From positions 13,764,001 through 13,828,000 of the forward strand of contig CM120645.1 in assembly GCA_051362555.1 (NCBI GenBank): a DNA stretch of 64,000 nt, written 5' to 3'. How positions within the stretch are numbered: position 1 is the first letter of the stretch; each line of letters begins with the position of its first letter. Under the pieces are notes generated by a model. The model saw nothing but the letters and a program-made list of their open reading frames with translations, made no database searches and was not told the origin of the DNA. A program made the position numbers and the translations under genes. The stretch is from Lingula anatina. Lineage: Eukaryota; Animalia; Brachiopoda. This document shows, one piece after another, positions 1 to 14,438 of this stretch.

Positions 1-1146
1 CTCTTTCTTTCAGTGTATGTTATTAACAACCTGAAAATGGATGGGCCAGCAATTAAGCACACTATGAGTGCAAAAATTCACACTGCAAAGAGGGCCTTAA
101 AAAAGGTAGGAAAAGTATTTTTAACTGTGATTAGATTATACCATGCCTGCTAAATTTATTTTTGTTTTACTTAACAACATAAATCATATATATGTATATA
201 TATATATATATAGGTGTATTTATTAAGGGAATATACTAGAAGCTTACTTGACAAACTACCTGTGAGTGCAACAAATTTTACAAGAAATGTCAAGTTTTAT
301 TTTTCTTGTCTTTCAGATGTGATATGGTGCTTGTATCCCAGTCGAAATTTGGTCTGACTTCTCTAGCGGGTGAAACAACAGGGGTGATATGTTTTCCAGA
401 GATCAACTACAACCTGCCTGATCTCTACGTTTATTTCTCTGGCTGACAGATTTGGAGTCTCCTAGGACAGCAGGGACTATCTAGCTATCGGTTCAACTGA
501 TCAAACTTACTCTGAGCTCTTATACGAAGTTCTACTCCTTATATACTTATACACACAAAATACATTACAGTGAATCATTAACAGGATTGAGATATTGAAG
601 CCAGTTAACAGAATTAAGACATCTTACTAAGGACTCGATAATTAAACTCGGACTTCTTTAAACTTGGATGTAAATAAAGTTGTTGAACCCTCTTAAAAAT
701 TAAAGCATCCTTTATAGCTTGGTTACTGTTCTTTCCAATGAATAAAATGCATAAGCAGATTCACGTTGTATCATTATATCAGAGACATCTGAACAATCTT
801 TACCAAATGTTGATTTAATTTGATTTAAATGTGCAAGTTTCTAAAATAAAATATTGAAAAATGTTTATGGTGTTTCTTACTGATATTCTGTGTGTGCTAT
901 TTTTTCATTCATTTGATAATTTTTCTGTATGTGTTCTGCCAGCTGTACTAAATGGCTAAAATACAGTAATAAAATTTTGCTACTCCATGATTTCAAATAT
1001 GGCATACATGATTTAATTAAAAAAAAGAACTGGCATAAATAAAAGCATAATCACTGGGTTAAATATTAGTTGTCAGTCTACTGCAATAGTGGTACTGCAG
1101 AAGAATGTTTTTTCGATTTTTTTTTTTTTTTTTGGGGGGGAGGGGG

Positions 1147-1560
1147 GTTCCGGAAAAATTCGCGAGAACAGTTCTGGAGAGTTTGCAGCAAATTTGCAAG
1201 AAGGATTTCTTAAGAGTTTGCAGAGCGTTCGCAAGAACAGTTCTGGAGGGTTTGCAGCAAATTTGCAAGATCTTCTAGTGAATTTGCAGAAAATTCGCAA
1301 GAACAGTTCTGGAGAGTTTGCAGCAAATTCGCAAGAACTGTAGTGGAGAGTTTGCAGCAAATTCGCATGAATGGTTCTTGAGAGTTTGCAGCAAATTTGC
1401 AAGAAACCTGTGACAGATTCCCTTTTGTCATGCTGATTAAGTTTGTGGGGAGTTTGCAGCAAATTTGCAAGAGACTTAATTTACATGGTAAATTTCCTCT
1501 TGCAAATTTGTTGCAAATTTGCAGCAACTGTTTGCAAGAAGCCTTAAATTTTGCTAAGGG
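1147..1560. repeat. Short-period repeat array (core GAGAGTTTGCAGCAAATTYGCAAGAA), probably the subterminal repeats of a CCC-ended non-autonomous DNA transposon in intron 3 of paralog A
   Basis: About ten imperfect copies of the core, with inverted copies near 1497-1540. Ends in TTTTGCTAAGGG at 1560. Not present at the matching intron position in paralogs B and C. Confidence 0.7.
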
Positions 1561-1592
1561 GCGCGCCCGCCCCTTAATGTGGTAGTACTTAC

Positions 1593-1742
1593 CTTGGACT
1601 GACACAACATCCAGCATTTCATCCACATCCCTCGCGATCGTATAATCTCTCTGAAGAAGACTGTTGCTGTCTCCTATTTGGATGTTGTGGCTTTGGTTGA
1701 TGCTAATTGTCTGTATGTTTGGATTAGTAAGTTTGCTTGGCA
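1593..1742 (-). CDS. Paralog A exon 3: RHIM-like motif exon
   Basis: Flanked by ttccag| and |gtaagt, 150 nt, phase 1/1. Encodes VPSKLTNPNIQTISINQSHNIQIGDSNSLLQRDYTIARDVDEMLDVVSVQ. Homologous to 19912-20055 and 35180-35323. The downstream exons of A are not seen, so they presumably lie beyond the window start. Confidence 0.85.
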
Positions 1743-1883
1743 CTGGAAAAACCAGGTCATAATAAATTAATCATTCAACAGCATATCCATTCTTATTTGA
1801 AATAGATTCATGTTTGTCCTGCTGCACTGAATTGGACGGCACTCAATTTTCATATAAAAAACACCTCTCTGTCATTTGCCTAC

Positions 1884-2042
1884 CTTCCACCGGTCCCCAT
1901 GATTCTTGTCGGGTCTGATTCACAACCACAAGCTCTAAAACATCATTGGTTTTCTGTCCTAAGGCAAGTAGAATTTCTTCATCTTCTATTTCTGCTCCTT
2001 TGCCCTCTAAAACAACGAAAAGCCTTTCTTCTTCCCTATAAC
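1884..2042 (-). CDS. Paralog A exon 2: C-terminal part of CIDE-N-like domain
   Basis: ttag|...|gtaggc, 159 nt. Encodes GYREEERLFVVLEGKGAEIEDEEILLALGQKTNDVLELVVVNQTRQESWGPVE, which fits the CIDE-N pattern LVLEEDGTEVDDEEYF...L.vL...e.W.P. Confidence 0.85.
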
Positions 2043-2494
2043 CTAACATATAGACAGTAGATAACCATATAACATCAAATTGATAAAAACATTACCTCTA
2101 CCCTTTTGGTATAATAGCCTACGGTTTTATTGAACTTAAATATTTGCTCGTTTGAACACCCTTCACTATAACGGATTTAGGTTATCAAAATAAGAGGTCT
2201 CATATTTTCGAGAAACGAAGGGTGCAGTTTAGGGCAATTCTTGTAAATAACCATATTAACTTGTTGATCGCATTGTCTGTCATTTCTCGCTGGGGATATA
2301 ACTTTTGTAATCTCCCGACTCTAGTCAGCATTTTGTTCCGTCTTCCAAAGGAGGTATATATAAATATTTTACATGATCTTTGCAAGTTATATTTTACGAA
2401 GTACTTTGCAATGTCACAGTGACAATTTTATATGTAGACTAGGTTTTAAAAATGCAACAACAAAAAATATATTGGCGAAAACGTCTGTACTTAC

Positions 2495-2597
2495 CAAACA
2501 GCCTTCTAGCGTCTTGTAGCAGTGCCTCCATTGTTGTTAACTTACACGTTTTCTTCTTCTGACGGTCACATGAGTAGATGATACAAGGGGTGGCCAT
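2495..2597 (-). CDS. Paralog A exon 1: N-terminal part of CIDE-N-like domain
   Basis: ATG at 2597, donor G|gtaagt, 103 nt. Encodes MATPCIIYSCDRQKKKTCKLTTMEALLQDARRLF. Same length and phase in B and C. Confidence 0.85.
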
Positions 2598-4577
2598 CTT
2601 CTTGGTGGAAATGATAATGAATACCCTCAAGAATTGTTTGCCCTAAAAGACGTATATCGTGCATATAGTTTGGTGCATGTTTCCACATCATAAATAACGA
2701 TTTGAGTAATGTTAGGCGATGGGCATGTAACATGAGCATATGTTACGTGTGTAATTCATGTACATGTATTAGATTATCATACTTTTTGATTCAAAGGGCT
2801 GAATTGAAACCGGGCTCAGGGAAAAGTCGCGGAGTTGCGCTTTGGGTTTGAGCAGAGTTAATAGTCGCAGTATTATCTCTGTAATCAACATACCGTACCC
2901 ATCATGCTGTATTATGTTATTAAAACAGGCATATAACGCAGATTTTGTTGAATATGATACACAAAAACAACATATTTACAAGATAAAACACTCCAAATAA
3001 ACAAGATATATTTCAAATTCAACGTCAAACACACGCCCCAGTACGTAGTGTAGCTGACACGACAGAAATTATAAATAAGTTATAATTTTCATATTTCCAC
3101 GATGTTCTTATGTTTTGTTCAGATTGTGTTAGATGAGAAAATACTAACAGTGCTCAATACGGTTATGTGTTCAATTATTCATATGGTCAGTTGTAAAAAC
3201 GGCGATGTCGAACGTGCTCTGGGCGGTCATTTATTACTCACTGGCAGAGTGAAGGTATGGTTTGATATTTAATGTAGCTTGTGTAAAAATTTATTAACTT
3301 ATTTTAATGTAACTTTGGTCTCACTTTACTTAGAAGAATCTTTGTTTATTATTATTATTATAGTTATTTTTATTATAATTTACATGATTTTCATAATTAG
3401 AATTAGTCATGTAGGGCTATGGGCATTGTATTCATGTTCTGGTATTTTTTGCCTTAGAGACAAGGCATTTTCATGAATAACACGTACAAATATTTTTACT
3501 TCATTAATAAGTTGCAGTAACAATTCAGATGGTCCGCGTAACAACTAAAGCAAAAGTAAATATCATCCCCACACATAGGAGGATCTACTGAAGGTGAGGG
3601 ATGGCTTGTGTAGCTATCGAGTGTGGCCCAGATGCACTCCCTTATCCCCACCTCAGCCCACATCTACCCCACATAGCATTTGATTCGAAAAAAAGAAGTC
3701 TTCTTTAAGGAGAAGATAATCCTAAGCTGCAAAAGACACAAGAGGTAACTACGAGATACGTTGTTCTGTATGCAACTTTAACGTGATAAACGCGACACTG
3801 ACTAAAGTTTCAGTAAAGACAGCGTTGATGAAGAAACATATATATGTAGGTGTAGCTACAGCAGTCATCTACACGAGACCCAAAGGGAAATAATTCAGCT
3901 CATGAAAACATGCGAATTCTTGCTTTAGAAGCTAGCACACTTAAATGTATTATAGCTGTTCATATCTCTGAACGTTATTCGTTGTCCAAACTGGCATGAC
4001 ATGACAGAGAGTGATGCCACCTCAGGGCCCGCCGCGCCCTCGTTTTTTTTTCTTTTTAACTAACAGTCCAGAGAAGTGTCATTTTAAAAATATAATAGGG
4101 GTCATGTGACGCATTTTGAATCGTGGAGGTTATACATCTGAGTATTCGGGGTACATGTACAGCACATCTTCAAACGCGCAATCCTTGTCCTTTTAATTCA
4201 ACAGCAAAGGTCTCATATTGAAGAGTCTCATCACGGTTCAAGCATTAATTGTGGTATCTTATTCCACCGAGTAACAAAACTTATAAACCCACACACTAAC
4301 AGTCAGTGTCATGACCATTTATCCACCTATCTTTGGTATTGTATAGCATTTACAAAGGTTTTTAACTTCCGGTCTTGTTAATCTGTTAGTTAAATGAATC
4401 TCGACTTTCCAACTTCACACACTATGTGTGGTTTAAAATTATGTTTTTAAAATAATTAAAAATTATAAACGGATTCTACGTTTCACAAGCTATTACGGGG
4501 GTTCTGTTTTTCGATGTGAACCCTCAGATTCAGAAACCAGGGGTTCTGAGAAACAGAGGGTCCCGAACTTCCATTAA

Positions 4578-7068
4578 AGGGTTTGCTTCATGCCGTCAGA
4601 ATGGCCTGAACGGAACATATTCTTCAGAAAGCATGCCCAACTAACGATATCTTTATCCAAATACACAAATTAAAAGCTCATTTTGTAAATTTTTGGCTTT
4701 AAAAAACGTCCTATTTGCTCGGCCTGGGAGTTAATGAGCTACGTGGTCACGTGGTCCAATGACGACAATCGAGCCACTGGGGAACAGAGCGTGCTTAGCT
4801 GTCAAACTGAGCTGCATTGTCTACCTGTAAGATGACTTCTCTGGCTTCTGATAAAAGTTTATACTCATTCAAATCTCTTACCCGAGGGGTCTAAATCCTC
4901 GTGAAGCTGTGTAAAACCATTTCCCGTCTAGTCATTTCTTTAACAAGCATTTCATTATGGTTATCCCAAGTTGTATAAAACACTGCATTTGAATGAGTTA
5001 AGGGAAATGTTGATTATTGCATATGAGGTCCATGTTATTTGTGCAATTCAATTTATTTTATTAAACCGCTGACACTCCGTCTTGCATACTTTTATTAAAC
5101 TGAGGTAAACAATGCCCGTTACCTTTACAAGTCCTATCTTAATCATCCATCTAACTGGAACTTCCTTTAGCTCTTAATTGGAGGGTTAAATGGCATTCAA
5201 TTTGTCTTGCTTGTATCGAACGCACTCTCTATCTAAGCTTTACTCCAGTTATCTCAGGTAAAAATCTACCTGTGCGTTAGTTACAAAGCGCAGCTCCCGT
5301 AGACCTGGGGGTACTAGATAAAATCTGAACACCAGGTTTATCGAGGAGCTAGAGAAAGAAAGGAAGAATTTTTCCTGCACAACTTTATAGGAATTTTAAC
5401 ACGGACTTGATCCAGCTTAGACCTCCAAACTAACCGGGTGACATGGGCAATTTTCACAAACAAATCATAAAACTATATTTCAGTTAACCGCCTTTAAAAT
5501 AAATATACCGTTCTGGGTAAATTAAAATAGTTATTAAATCGCAGGAATATTTTTGACTTAAATGATGATTTTATTATTAATGGAAATTAAGCTACTATAT
5601 GAGGTACATTTGCTGTGATTACGCTGTCCTTCATGTTTTGCGTAAGTCTACATTTTGCTGTATGTGCTTGTAATCTTTTTAAATATGTGCGTACAATTTT
5701 TGCAGGTCTGGTTACCCCCCTGTTATGTGATGAGAGTATTAATTTGGCAATTAGTTCCTAAGCTTATTTGAATAGAATTGCAGTGTAAAATTTTCAACAA
5801 GATGTTGGCGAAATAGCCCATTACTCTTTGTAGGTATTTCCCCCGTAAAAGTTTGTCTAAAATTATCTTTCAATCTTTACTCTTTCAAAGACAGTATAAA
5901 GTTACCTGACATATTTTCGTGTAAACTTAATGACAAGCTAAGTGTCTCCAGTTCATTCCGTACTCAATTTTACCAAGGAGTTATAACTCCTTGATTTTAC
6001 CCAAGCAAATTTTTTTCTTGAGTAGATCTTTATAGCACGGTGTTATAAGCTTACAAATTTGCAAAAAAAAAAAAATTGCGTACTGACGCAGAATTTGCGT
6101 TTCAAGTTATAAAATAATCAATCTTTTAAATTATTTAATATTTCAGATGAAATAATCTTCAGAAACAAATACTCAAAGCATAAACGAATTAGGATAACGA
6201 ACCATTTTATTATAGCAGTTCCCATTTTTTCTTTAATATAACGCTCTTTTTCCTGTTTTTCCTCAACACGTTTTCTTCCACGGAAGCTTCAAGATACCCT
6301 GAGAGCAATTTCTTTTATTAATGTTCGCGACCGTGTTTGAACTTAATTGTTTAAGTATTGATATTTAACGTCATTTACAAATACCAATAAAATAACCCCA
6401 TGAAATAAATGAGATATATTGAAAAATATGAAAGCCCACCAAGACGAGTTTCATACCTGTTATTACCTGGCTTGGGAATTGCAGCGGTGCATAATTAACA
6501 GGTTTGTTGTAAACGAGCTTTTGGTCAACTACAATGCATTTAAAATGCATCAGCAATCAGTAAGTTTGCCAACTGATGACAGTTAATCTGAAAGACTACC
6601 AGCTCTTGATATGATCTAAACCACCTGAGGTGACCATGATCTAGAGCATCGCAACTATTGTCACCGAAGTTAGTAAGTAAGTCACGGAAGACCGTCACAG
6701 ACAAAGAAAGATTGTCAACGAGAGCTGCAATTTTGGTGAATCCCACGGCAACACACCGAGGCATAACGAAAATTCCTCAACTCCGTTCAACACAACTTTC
6801 CTTAACTTCTCCGTCTGTATGCACCATGCAGCTCAGTTGAGTCTCATAGACCTTTATCGTGATTGTCGTCACAGTACCACGTGACCCAGATCTGTTGCTT
6901 CATTTTTGCATATTGAGGTGAGGTTTACTAAAACGCTTTTTTTTCTACTAATAGATTGTATTTATAATTTTTAAATGGCGGGGATCGATTAAAACATACC
7001 TCTAGTGTATAGATTGAGTGCTGTATCTTCAAAATTCGAGAAATGGATTTTTACATGAACATTGTCCT
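4578..7068. mobile_element. Kolobok-like non-autonomous DNA transposon, copy 1
   Basis: TTAA on both sides (4574-4577, 7069-7072), AGG...CCT termini with imperfect TIRs. Near-identical inverted copy at 49991-53618 has the same ends. Confidence 0.75.
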
Positions 7069-10000
7069 TTAATCATTCCCGTCACAAATGTGTATTTATC
7101 ATGCATTTTGTTGTAGTCTTTGCAGTCAATATAAACGATTTAAGAATTTAGGGCGTTTTCTGCAAGCCTCACTTCAGTTCTAGACGTACACCATCTTCAT
7201 AGTGTATTAGAAAGGTGGGACTGAATCAACCATTTTGTCTTGCAGACCAGTGACCTTTACACTAGAAAACAAACGACCTAAGTCAGTCCAATTACCTTCA
7301 TTTGTACCACTAAACCCGCTGTTGGGAGTCACTTTTGTTGTTAATTTTTTTCAGTAATCTATCAACACCAGTGCTTGACCTAGGCTGGGGACATGCCATC
7401 TAGCAAGTCCCCGTTCCCCCAGAATAAGGTCGACCTTGATACATGCTTTAGTAAATCCCCCGTCACACTAATTCGGAAAAAGCAGGAATCAAGCAGAACC
7501 AGCTGGAATGACTAGATTATAAAATGCACCTAAATTCTTATAAGAATGCCCTTGGAATACTCGGAATGCACTTGAACTAGGGAGGTCAGGTCACACCGCT
7601 TACGCAGTCGAAAACGGGACGAAATCTAACCTCGCTGTTTGTTTTCCATGATAAGTTGATAACTTTCAATATTTGGGTCCTATGATAAATATGAAAATAT
7701 ATTTAAAAAGTGCATTGAATGAGCTTTCTAAGGATATGTGTAACAATGTATCATTTCTCCGTTTTAAGCCTCCAGCCACGAAAATGCTGTGAGAAAGCGC
7801 TGGTGATTTCACTTCCTCGTTTGGTTCCCACTATTTACGAATTTTGCTCAACCTGCGCGTTTCGCGCCATTTTTCCAAAAGCTCCGTAAGGCGTCCCGGA
7901 TGTTAATTGCTCGTATTTAGCCACATATTCATGCGGAGAATGAACCAACTGTTCAACTGGGGGGTTACAGAAGTTTATTTAACCGAAAATAGCAACCACA
8001 ACTAGCTTGTAAATTTTTCAATCGTGTTTTAGAGTTAGAGTAACGAAGTTCTGAAAATTCTGTTACCCCTACCTAGATAATTTAACTAATTCTTGGTACA
8101 ATTTAGTTATTTATTTATCTTTTTTTTTTTTGGTAAGACAAAGCCGTAACAGCCGTTAGAAAATCAGTGACTTTGATCTTACCGCAAACAAAATGGCGGA
8201 CGCACCAAGCTGTTCTGCTGATGAAAAAGCAATTGCACTTTTAGCACCCAAAAAGGATCAAGATATCAGAATATCTATTCAGAAATTCTTTGAATTGTTC
8301 ACGAAACCCAATGATATTGATAGAACGTCTGCAATTCAAAAATAGAGTTTTTTTTTCAAACAAAGTATAAAATTACGTACAATATTGATAAGACTAATGC
8401 TTTTTTCGCCTTTGAACTTGTTAGTGAACATAAAAGGGGGAATCTTTATTAAAATCATGATGATATGCAATGACTCTAGAATGGTTTATGACAGTCGAAA
8501 AAAAGTGAACAAAAAAGTATTTATTTATTTTTTCCTTAACAACAATAAAAAGGGAAAATTCCTAAAGCTGCCATTACGTTATGACAGTCTCTCCAAAAAA
8601 TCGCGCTGGTTTTTGTATTACCTACCTGCTATGATGTCCAATATCAATTAAAGTTTTTTGACAAAATTATAACTTACCAAAATCGGATATTATTTATTTT
8701 CATTGTGCATTCTGGCATTTTTACTAGTTAAACATGAAAATCGTGTAATTTCTATATATTTACATATATGTTCTTTTTTAGCTATCAGTATGTAATAACC
8801 GTCATTATCATCAGTATTATATGCATTTAATCTTTGATTATCTGTTTAAATATTTAATTATATATGTATATTTTCTATTTTTCTCTCTTTGAGTGAATAA
8901 ACGCATTAAAAAAGTTTTAGGCATCCTGCTCCTTTCTCTCTATTCCCATACTGCCCCCCCCACCCACACACACACACATATACAGGCAGTATAATACTGA
9001 TTCGAAGTGTACATCGTTTATACTGTCAGTTGCCTTGGACATGGTACATGTAGTAGACACATTATGGACCGGTAAGACAGGAGTGGTAGTACTAGGAATG
9101 AATCCCAGGGTCCCAATACGGATAATACAGGTCATATCACGTGGGTATTTTACTCATTGGACTTTCTATTATGTTTTTAACGACTCATTTTCTTAAATGT
9201 TTTTAATTACAGGACCTATGAGTACTGGGCTTGGAATCGGATTATCGGCAGGAGTTGTAGTTAAAGTTGTAACTGCTTTGGCCTATGAACTACTACTACA
9301 GGCCTACCAAACTACCAGACGCGGCACCTACGGATCCTGAATAAACCGGTATATCAGACCACACTACCCGTTTTCAAGGTGTGTGTCAGATCGCATTACG
9401 GAGTATCAGCCATATCACTCATTTTGCCTGGCGCGCGATGTGATAGCGATGATCCTAAGCGATACCCGGATGACAGGAAGGCCTACAAAATTTGTGATGG
9501 GGCATGATACTGGTAGTTGGGTAGGCCTGTACTACGACGAATGTAAGCATCTTCTACCCTGTGCCCATGTTGAAGCTGAGACTTAAGATCTTCAATGCAA
9601 CATTTATGTCTGAACGTAAACTGTGTACGGGGTCTTATTATACGAGGTACACATACACGTACATGTCCCTGTATAAGCGTGAATTAACGAGAGGTAGGAC
9701 TGATCCGCCTTCTCAGTCAGCATCTGTTTACCGCCAGTAGATTTTGACAATAAAACAGTACATTCACATTGCTCGGGGTAAAGATTTGTATAAAACGTAC
9801 TTAGGGATAGTTAAATGTCAAAAGGGCTTTTCAGAAGTATCAAACAGACAGACATCAACTGACCACCAAATCTGGCTGACTAATACACATGAACTACGTG
9901 TGATAGTTGACTAGAAATGTTTTTACAATGACAGACAATAGAAAATGACCATCTTCCCAGCGTCACTAGGTTTAAGCCCCAAGATTTACTTAACCATCTC

Positions 10001-10308
10001 TGTATTAATTATCACGTAATTTCTGACATGATTATCTTATTAATAAATTTGCCGTGCATTAAGTAACATGAATTTTACTTTACTTGTAATAGATACGTAT
10101 GTACATAGTACATGCACATGTATACTTGCTGTTAAAACGAGCTTTCATTGTGAATTAATTCATGTAATTTTCCAGATCAGCAGCCACTATTTCTGCACCT
10201 GAGAAAGGCATAGATAGCACAATTATCACAAACTCAGAAGGACGCAAAAACTTATTCCCAGCTACCAAACTCGGAATCAAATGCTCCCGCAAACAACTGC
10301 ACTCGCGA

Positions 10309-11435
10309 GATTTCAAACAAAGGCGATAGCGGTTACTTGAACACCCGCTGTTGTGAAGGCGACATACATTTACAAAATCCAACGGAAGAGGACACGTGTG
10401 ATTTTGTAAGAATGGTGCAAAATGATATATATATATGCCTCCAACTTTGATATCGACGACACAGAGACCATGGTGCAGAATTACAGCTGTGGTGACGGCA
10501 CGGTAGAAAATGAACTGTATATGTACAGTGAATAATGAATGGGTTTCCAATTACAGAAGCATCCCTAGCTTGATCATATAGGATATCTTAACGCAAAGCA
10601 ATGTTCAGATCTCTGAATAAAACAATCGGCAAGAGTGGCAGATATCAAAACATTCCATCATACAACCTACGAATTACAGGGTAATTATCCAATAAATATA
10701 AAGAATACTTGCAAGCAATATGCCTTTCAATATACACCAAGATCAAACATCGATAGACTGTTAAAACAAAATGGAAGAAAATTTCCTCAATTTTTTTTTC
10801 TTCTCATGGATACGCAAATTGTTTTTGGTAAGCAAAAATTGTGGATGATTTTTTACTATTGTTTTGGTCATTTTAATAAATAGATAAATGATATAATATG
10901 ATGCGTATTACTGTTAATACGTATATATAAAACGTTACGGCATACTATAACTATCTTAAATTTTGAATATGCAGTTTCTAAGATCATGTTTTAACACTAG
11001 CCTAATGATCTAATCGACGAAGTAAGTCCAAATACAAATATGCTCTTAATAATACCCGGCATCTTTATGCTACAAACCTAATTGTTCGATGTTTGAAAGA
11101 TTACAGTAAAATAGCACCGTGTTAGCAATCACACGGCACATAGTATTATAGCTGCATTATATATTTTAAATGATTAACGATTCACAACAAGTGCATGTTC
11201 TAAGAAACAACACCATATCTTGTTAAAGAAAAAAAAATTACAGTACTTCCATTAAAGTCGCACAAGGTTTAGGATAGCGATGTGCAAAGTATTTTTTTTT
11301 TCAAATCTACAAATTGACTGACTGATTAATTGATAAATACGCAACCGGTGGTAATAATTAAATAGCTATAGTATGTACACAAATTTACAAATGTACACAA
11401 ATACACAATAGCACACTTTCCCATCTGTAAAGTAA
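10309..11435 (+). repeat. Duplicated intergenic block (second copy ~27202-28495)
   Basis: Colinear, high-similarity match by eye, with an extra segment in the second copy at ~27552-27745. Confidence 0.8.
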
Positions 11436-11437
11436 AC

Positions 11438-11626
11438 GGGCCTGAAGCCTTATGCTTGTTACACATTTTACTTACATTGGTATTACCTGTTGAGCATAAT
11501 TAAAATTTGATGTTGAATTTGCAGTTAAGCATTACGTACTTTTGCATCAGAATTGACAGTAGCCTATTTTGTGCATTGTTATTTTCAGCTTTTTGTCTGT
11601 ATATTTGACAGCTTTGCTGCCTTGTT
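11438..11626. mobile_element. Terminal fragment of the Helentron/HINE-like element seen at 43290-46109
   Basis: Near-identical to 45921-46109 (gggcctgaagccttatgcttgttac...cagctttgctgccttgtt). Confidence 0.65.
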
Positions 11627-11630
11627 TTGT

Positions 11631-11900
11631 TAACGTATCTTCAGCGCGACGACGAAATGATATCTTAATTGTTGGACTATTAATAACACTTTGATAATGA
11701 AGGTCTATATCTTAAAACGGCAACAAGTTAGGGGCCTACAGGTACTCTGTACCTGTTGCAGCGTGTATAAATCATGCTTTGGTTTTCGTACCCCAGACGC
11801 ACCATGTACGCATTTGCTATAATGAATTTAGGGGGTGGGGATGAATAATCTGTAATGAGATTGGTGTATTTTCTGTAATCCTCACTTCAGTAAAGCCTTC

Positions 11901-11945
<45 letters not shown>

Positions 11946-13470
11946 GGGGCGGGACTGGATCCGCCATTTTGATTTGCGGAATATTCACGTTCTACTATTT
12001 TATAATGTTTTAAATTATAAAATGGACGACGTGCATGAAGGTCAAGTCAATGACCTTCATTTATAATACATGTGCATAGAACTGTTTTTAGAGTCAACAT
12101 CTTTTGGTGTTTTTGTTCAATTTGAAGCTAAGACAGTTATAATTACGTCTGCAGTGTTCGTTTTAGCCTTGTGACATCACATCTAGCAAGTTCAGAAGAT
12201 TGCGTCTTCAAAAATTATGCCGTTTTGAAAACAAGTGTAGTTTGGTTAACAACTCAACTTCGGCCAAGCATTTTTCCTTTGATGATCTTATTATCACCCA
12301 ATAATCAAACTATTGACCACGCTAAAACCTTCTACCAGTAGTTTATGATGAAATATTTGGGTTTCTGTCGTTTAAATCAGTTGTAATAAAACAAAACAAA
12401 CACAATTTGATAAAACAAACAAAGTTCCAGACAAAATTAACTGCATGAGGGCAGACTGATGATTAATACTGATTACTAAGCACCTATTTCAAAGTCGCTG
12501 CACCTAGGGAATGGAGCTTACTCCCATTTTTACATGTACTACGTAGGAAAGACCTCGGCGATTTTTAGAAGGAAACTAAAGACTTTAAAATTATTTATAA
12601 TTATTTGTATAATTTTGATGTAATTCTAACAAACAAATTTTTTATGTGAGTGATGAGGCGACATTTTTAATTGCTACATTGTTTGTATCAATAAATGTTC
12701 ATGTTTTAATCACTTTTCTCTTTTCTTTCGCGTTCGATTTTTTATCATTAATAATTCACTTTACATCGTAAAGTCTACTAAACAAGTTCGGATTTTAGAT
12801 TAAATAAATATTATTTTTATCTAGACAAGTTTTGTTCCAATATTAATTGGAAGTTTGCCATTTCCTTCTAATCGTTATAAACGTTTATCTTATATGGTAG
12901 TTATTTAAACAACTTGAACATCTGTCGATTATTTTCCACAAAAATTTTGTTTCCCACGTTTTATTATGTTTATTGAGAAAAAAGTTACTGTAACAGCCTT
13001 TACATCTTATTAGTCCAAGTACAATGAATAATTTCATCATGAGAATCTCTTCTCTAAAATGAAAAGTTTTCTCCGTTAAATTAGCAAAGAAGAAGAAGAA
13101 CAGGTTCACAGTTGATGTCAAAGAATAGGCAAACAATGCACTCTACACTATTCTGTTCACAGAATGGCAACTATTTACTTGATGTAGTTTATATAATTTA
13201 ACACTTAAAAAGTTGCTGTAAAATAATTACGGTACTGTAACAAAGAGAGGATGTAATGCACAGATGTTTCTTCCGATTCAGAATCTATAGTATACAACGT
13301 CCAGTAAGACAAACATTGATCCCGTGAACACTGTCATTAAAAAGGTAAGCAGTGCCACTCTCTGCCAACACTTCTCCATGTCTAAGTCTTAATATAATAC
13401 TGATCAACATAAACAAAATACACTGCTCCATTAGTGTACAATCTGTGGTCATGCTTCTTCTCATGTTTCA
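11631..13470 (+). repeat. Duplicated intergenic block; related copies at ~22779-23465, ~54351-55105 and ~57547-58587
   Basis: Colinear matches, including the ggggcgggactggatccgccattttgatttgcgg motif and a (TG)n tract at 11905-11942 / 54637-54676. Confidence 0.8.
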
Positions 13471-13646
13471 GAGCAGACCACCTGTCAGAAATCCTGGGGC
13501 CTCATATTTTGCAGCCAAACGGCTTCTCTCCAGTGTGAATGTGCAAGTGCTCTTTGAGATAATGAAGGCGAGAAAACGTCTTTGGACAAAATGTGCAGAA
13601 GAATGGCCTTTCCCCTCTGTTTTTTTCTGATGTTTATTTAAGTCAC
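13420..13646 (-). pseudogene. Frameshifted duplicate of a C2H2 zinc-finger terminal exon
   Basis: Homologous to 14439-14692 with the same acceptor (gtag|gtgacttaaat). A 1-nt loss in the H-T-G-E linker codons near 13615-13625 breaks the frame. Confidence 0.8.
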
Positions 13647-14438
13647 CTACAACAAAGAAAAAACACAACCCATAGCTCAATTAGCATACAAATCATCAGA
13701 GGACAGTGTCACCATGGTGGCCGGTTCAGGAATCTCATGACCTGGGTCTGGTCTTGTCATGGGCGATATCAGCGCCCCTGTGTGGCCAATGGTATCAACA
13801 GCGTTGTTCACATAGGCTATTCCTCTGTGTGTGTGTGGCAAATGTAGTCACTGTTTGTATAACATCAACTGGATTTTGTCTTTGAAGCATGGAGATGAAC
13901 TGCTGGTGATTGGTGGAGGATGCTTAAATGTAGAATAATGTTATTTTTCACAACTATTTGAAAATGGGGAAAAATTTGGATTTACAGAAAACAGACCCCA
14001 AAAACTGACTGAATGTTTGATTATGTGTTGCAAAACCAGTGTTTTACATTTTTTTTCATTCAGTTAAAAAAAAAAAAACATTTAGGTTGATTCTGAAACT
14101 AAGCAATTTTATGCAACTGTACATATGAACATTGAGAAACAAAAATAAATAGATTGCAATCTCACATATTCTTTTTTATCTGTCACTTTTAAAATGTTCT
14201 CTGAATCTGTTACTTCCTGCGTCTAAAAAACTTAATTTACCCATTTCATCCTTAATAACAAAAGTCACTGATGGCTGTGGATTGTCTTGGGCCTGACCTA
14301 AAGTGCCCCCTGTTGGGAATTGTGACAGTAAAAGGCAGCGGAGACCTGAAAAATAAAGGACATACATGTAACAGTCACTTCACTTCAATAAACATCTGTA
14401 ACACACATTGTATTTTAAATTTCCTTCAATATTTTATG

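Noticed and set aside
1-700. Possible LTR remnant or further exon of paralog A
   Set aside because: No second LTR, primer-binding site or ankyrin-like translation recognised; too weak to call.
1059-1585. Several overlapping ORFs with repetitive translations (LQICCKL..., EFAANSQE...)
   Set aside because: They are read-throughs of the GAGAGTTTGCAGCAAATT repeat array. Only 1593-1742 of ORF 1210-1743 is conserved in the paralogs.
6540-6764. THAP-domain protein
   Set aside because: Only the first few residues resemble THAP; the second Cys and the C-terminal C..H are absent and the frame is not kept in copy 2.
7570-9590. GC-richer segments with short ORFs (MADAPSCS... near 8193; 9383-9586)
   Set aside because: No recognisable motifs or paired termini; probably transposon debris that cannot be classified by eye.
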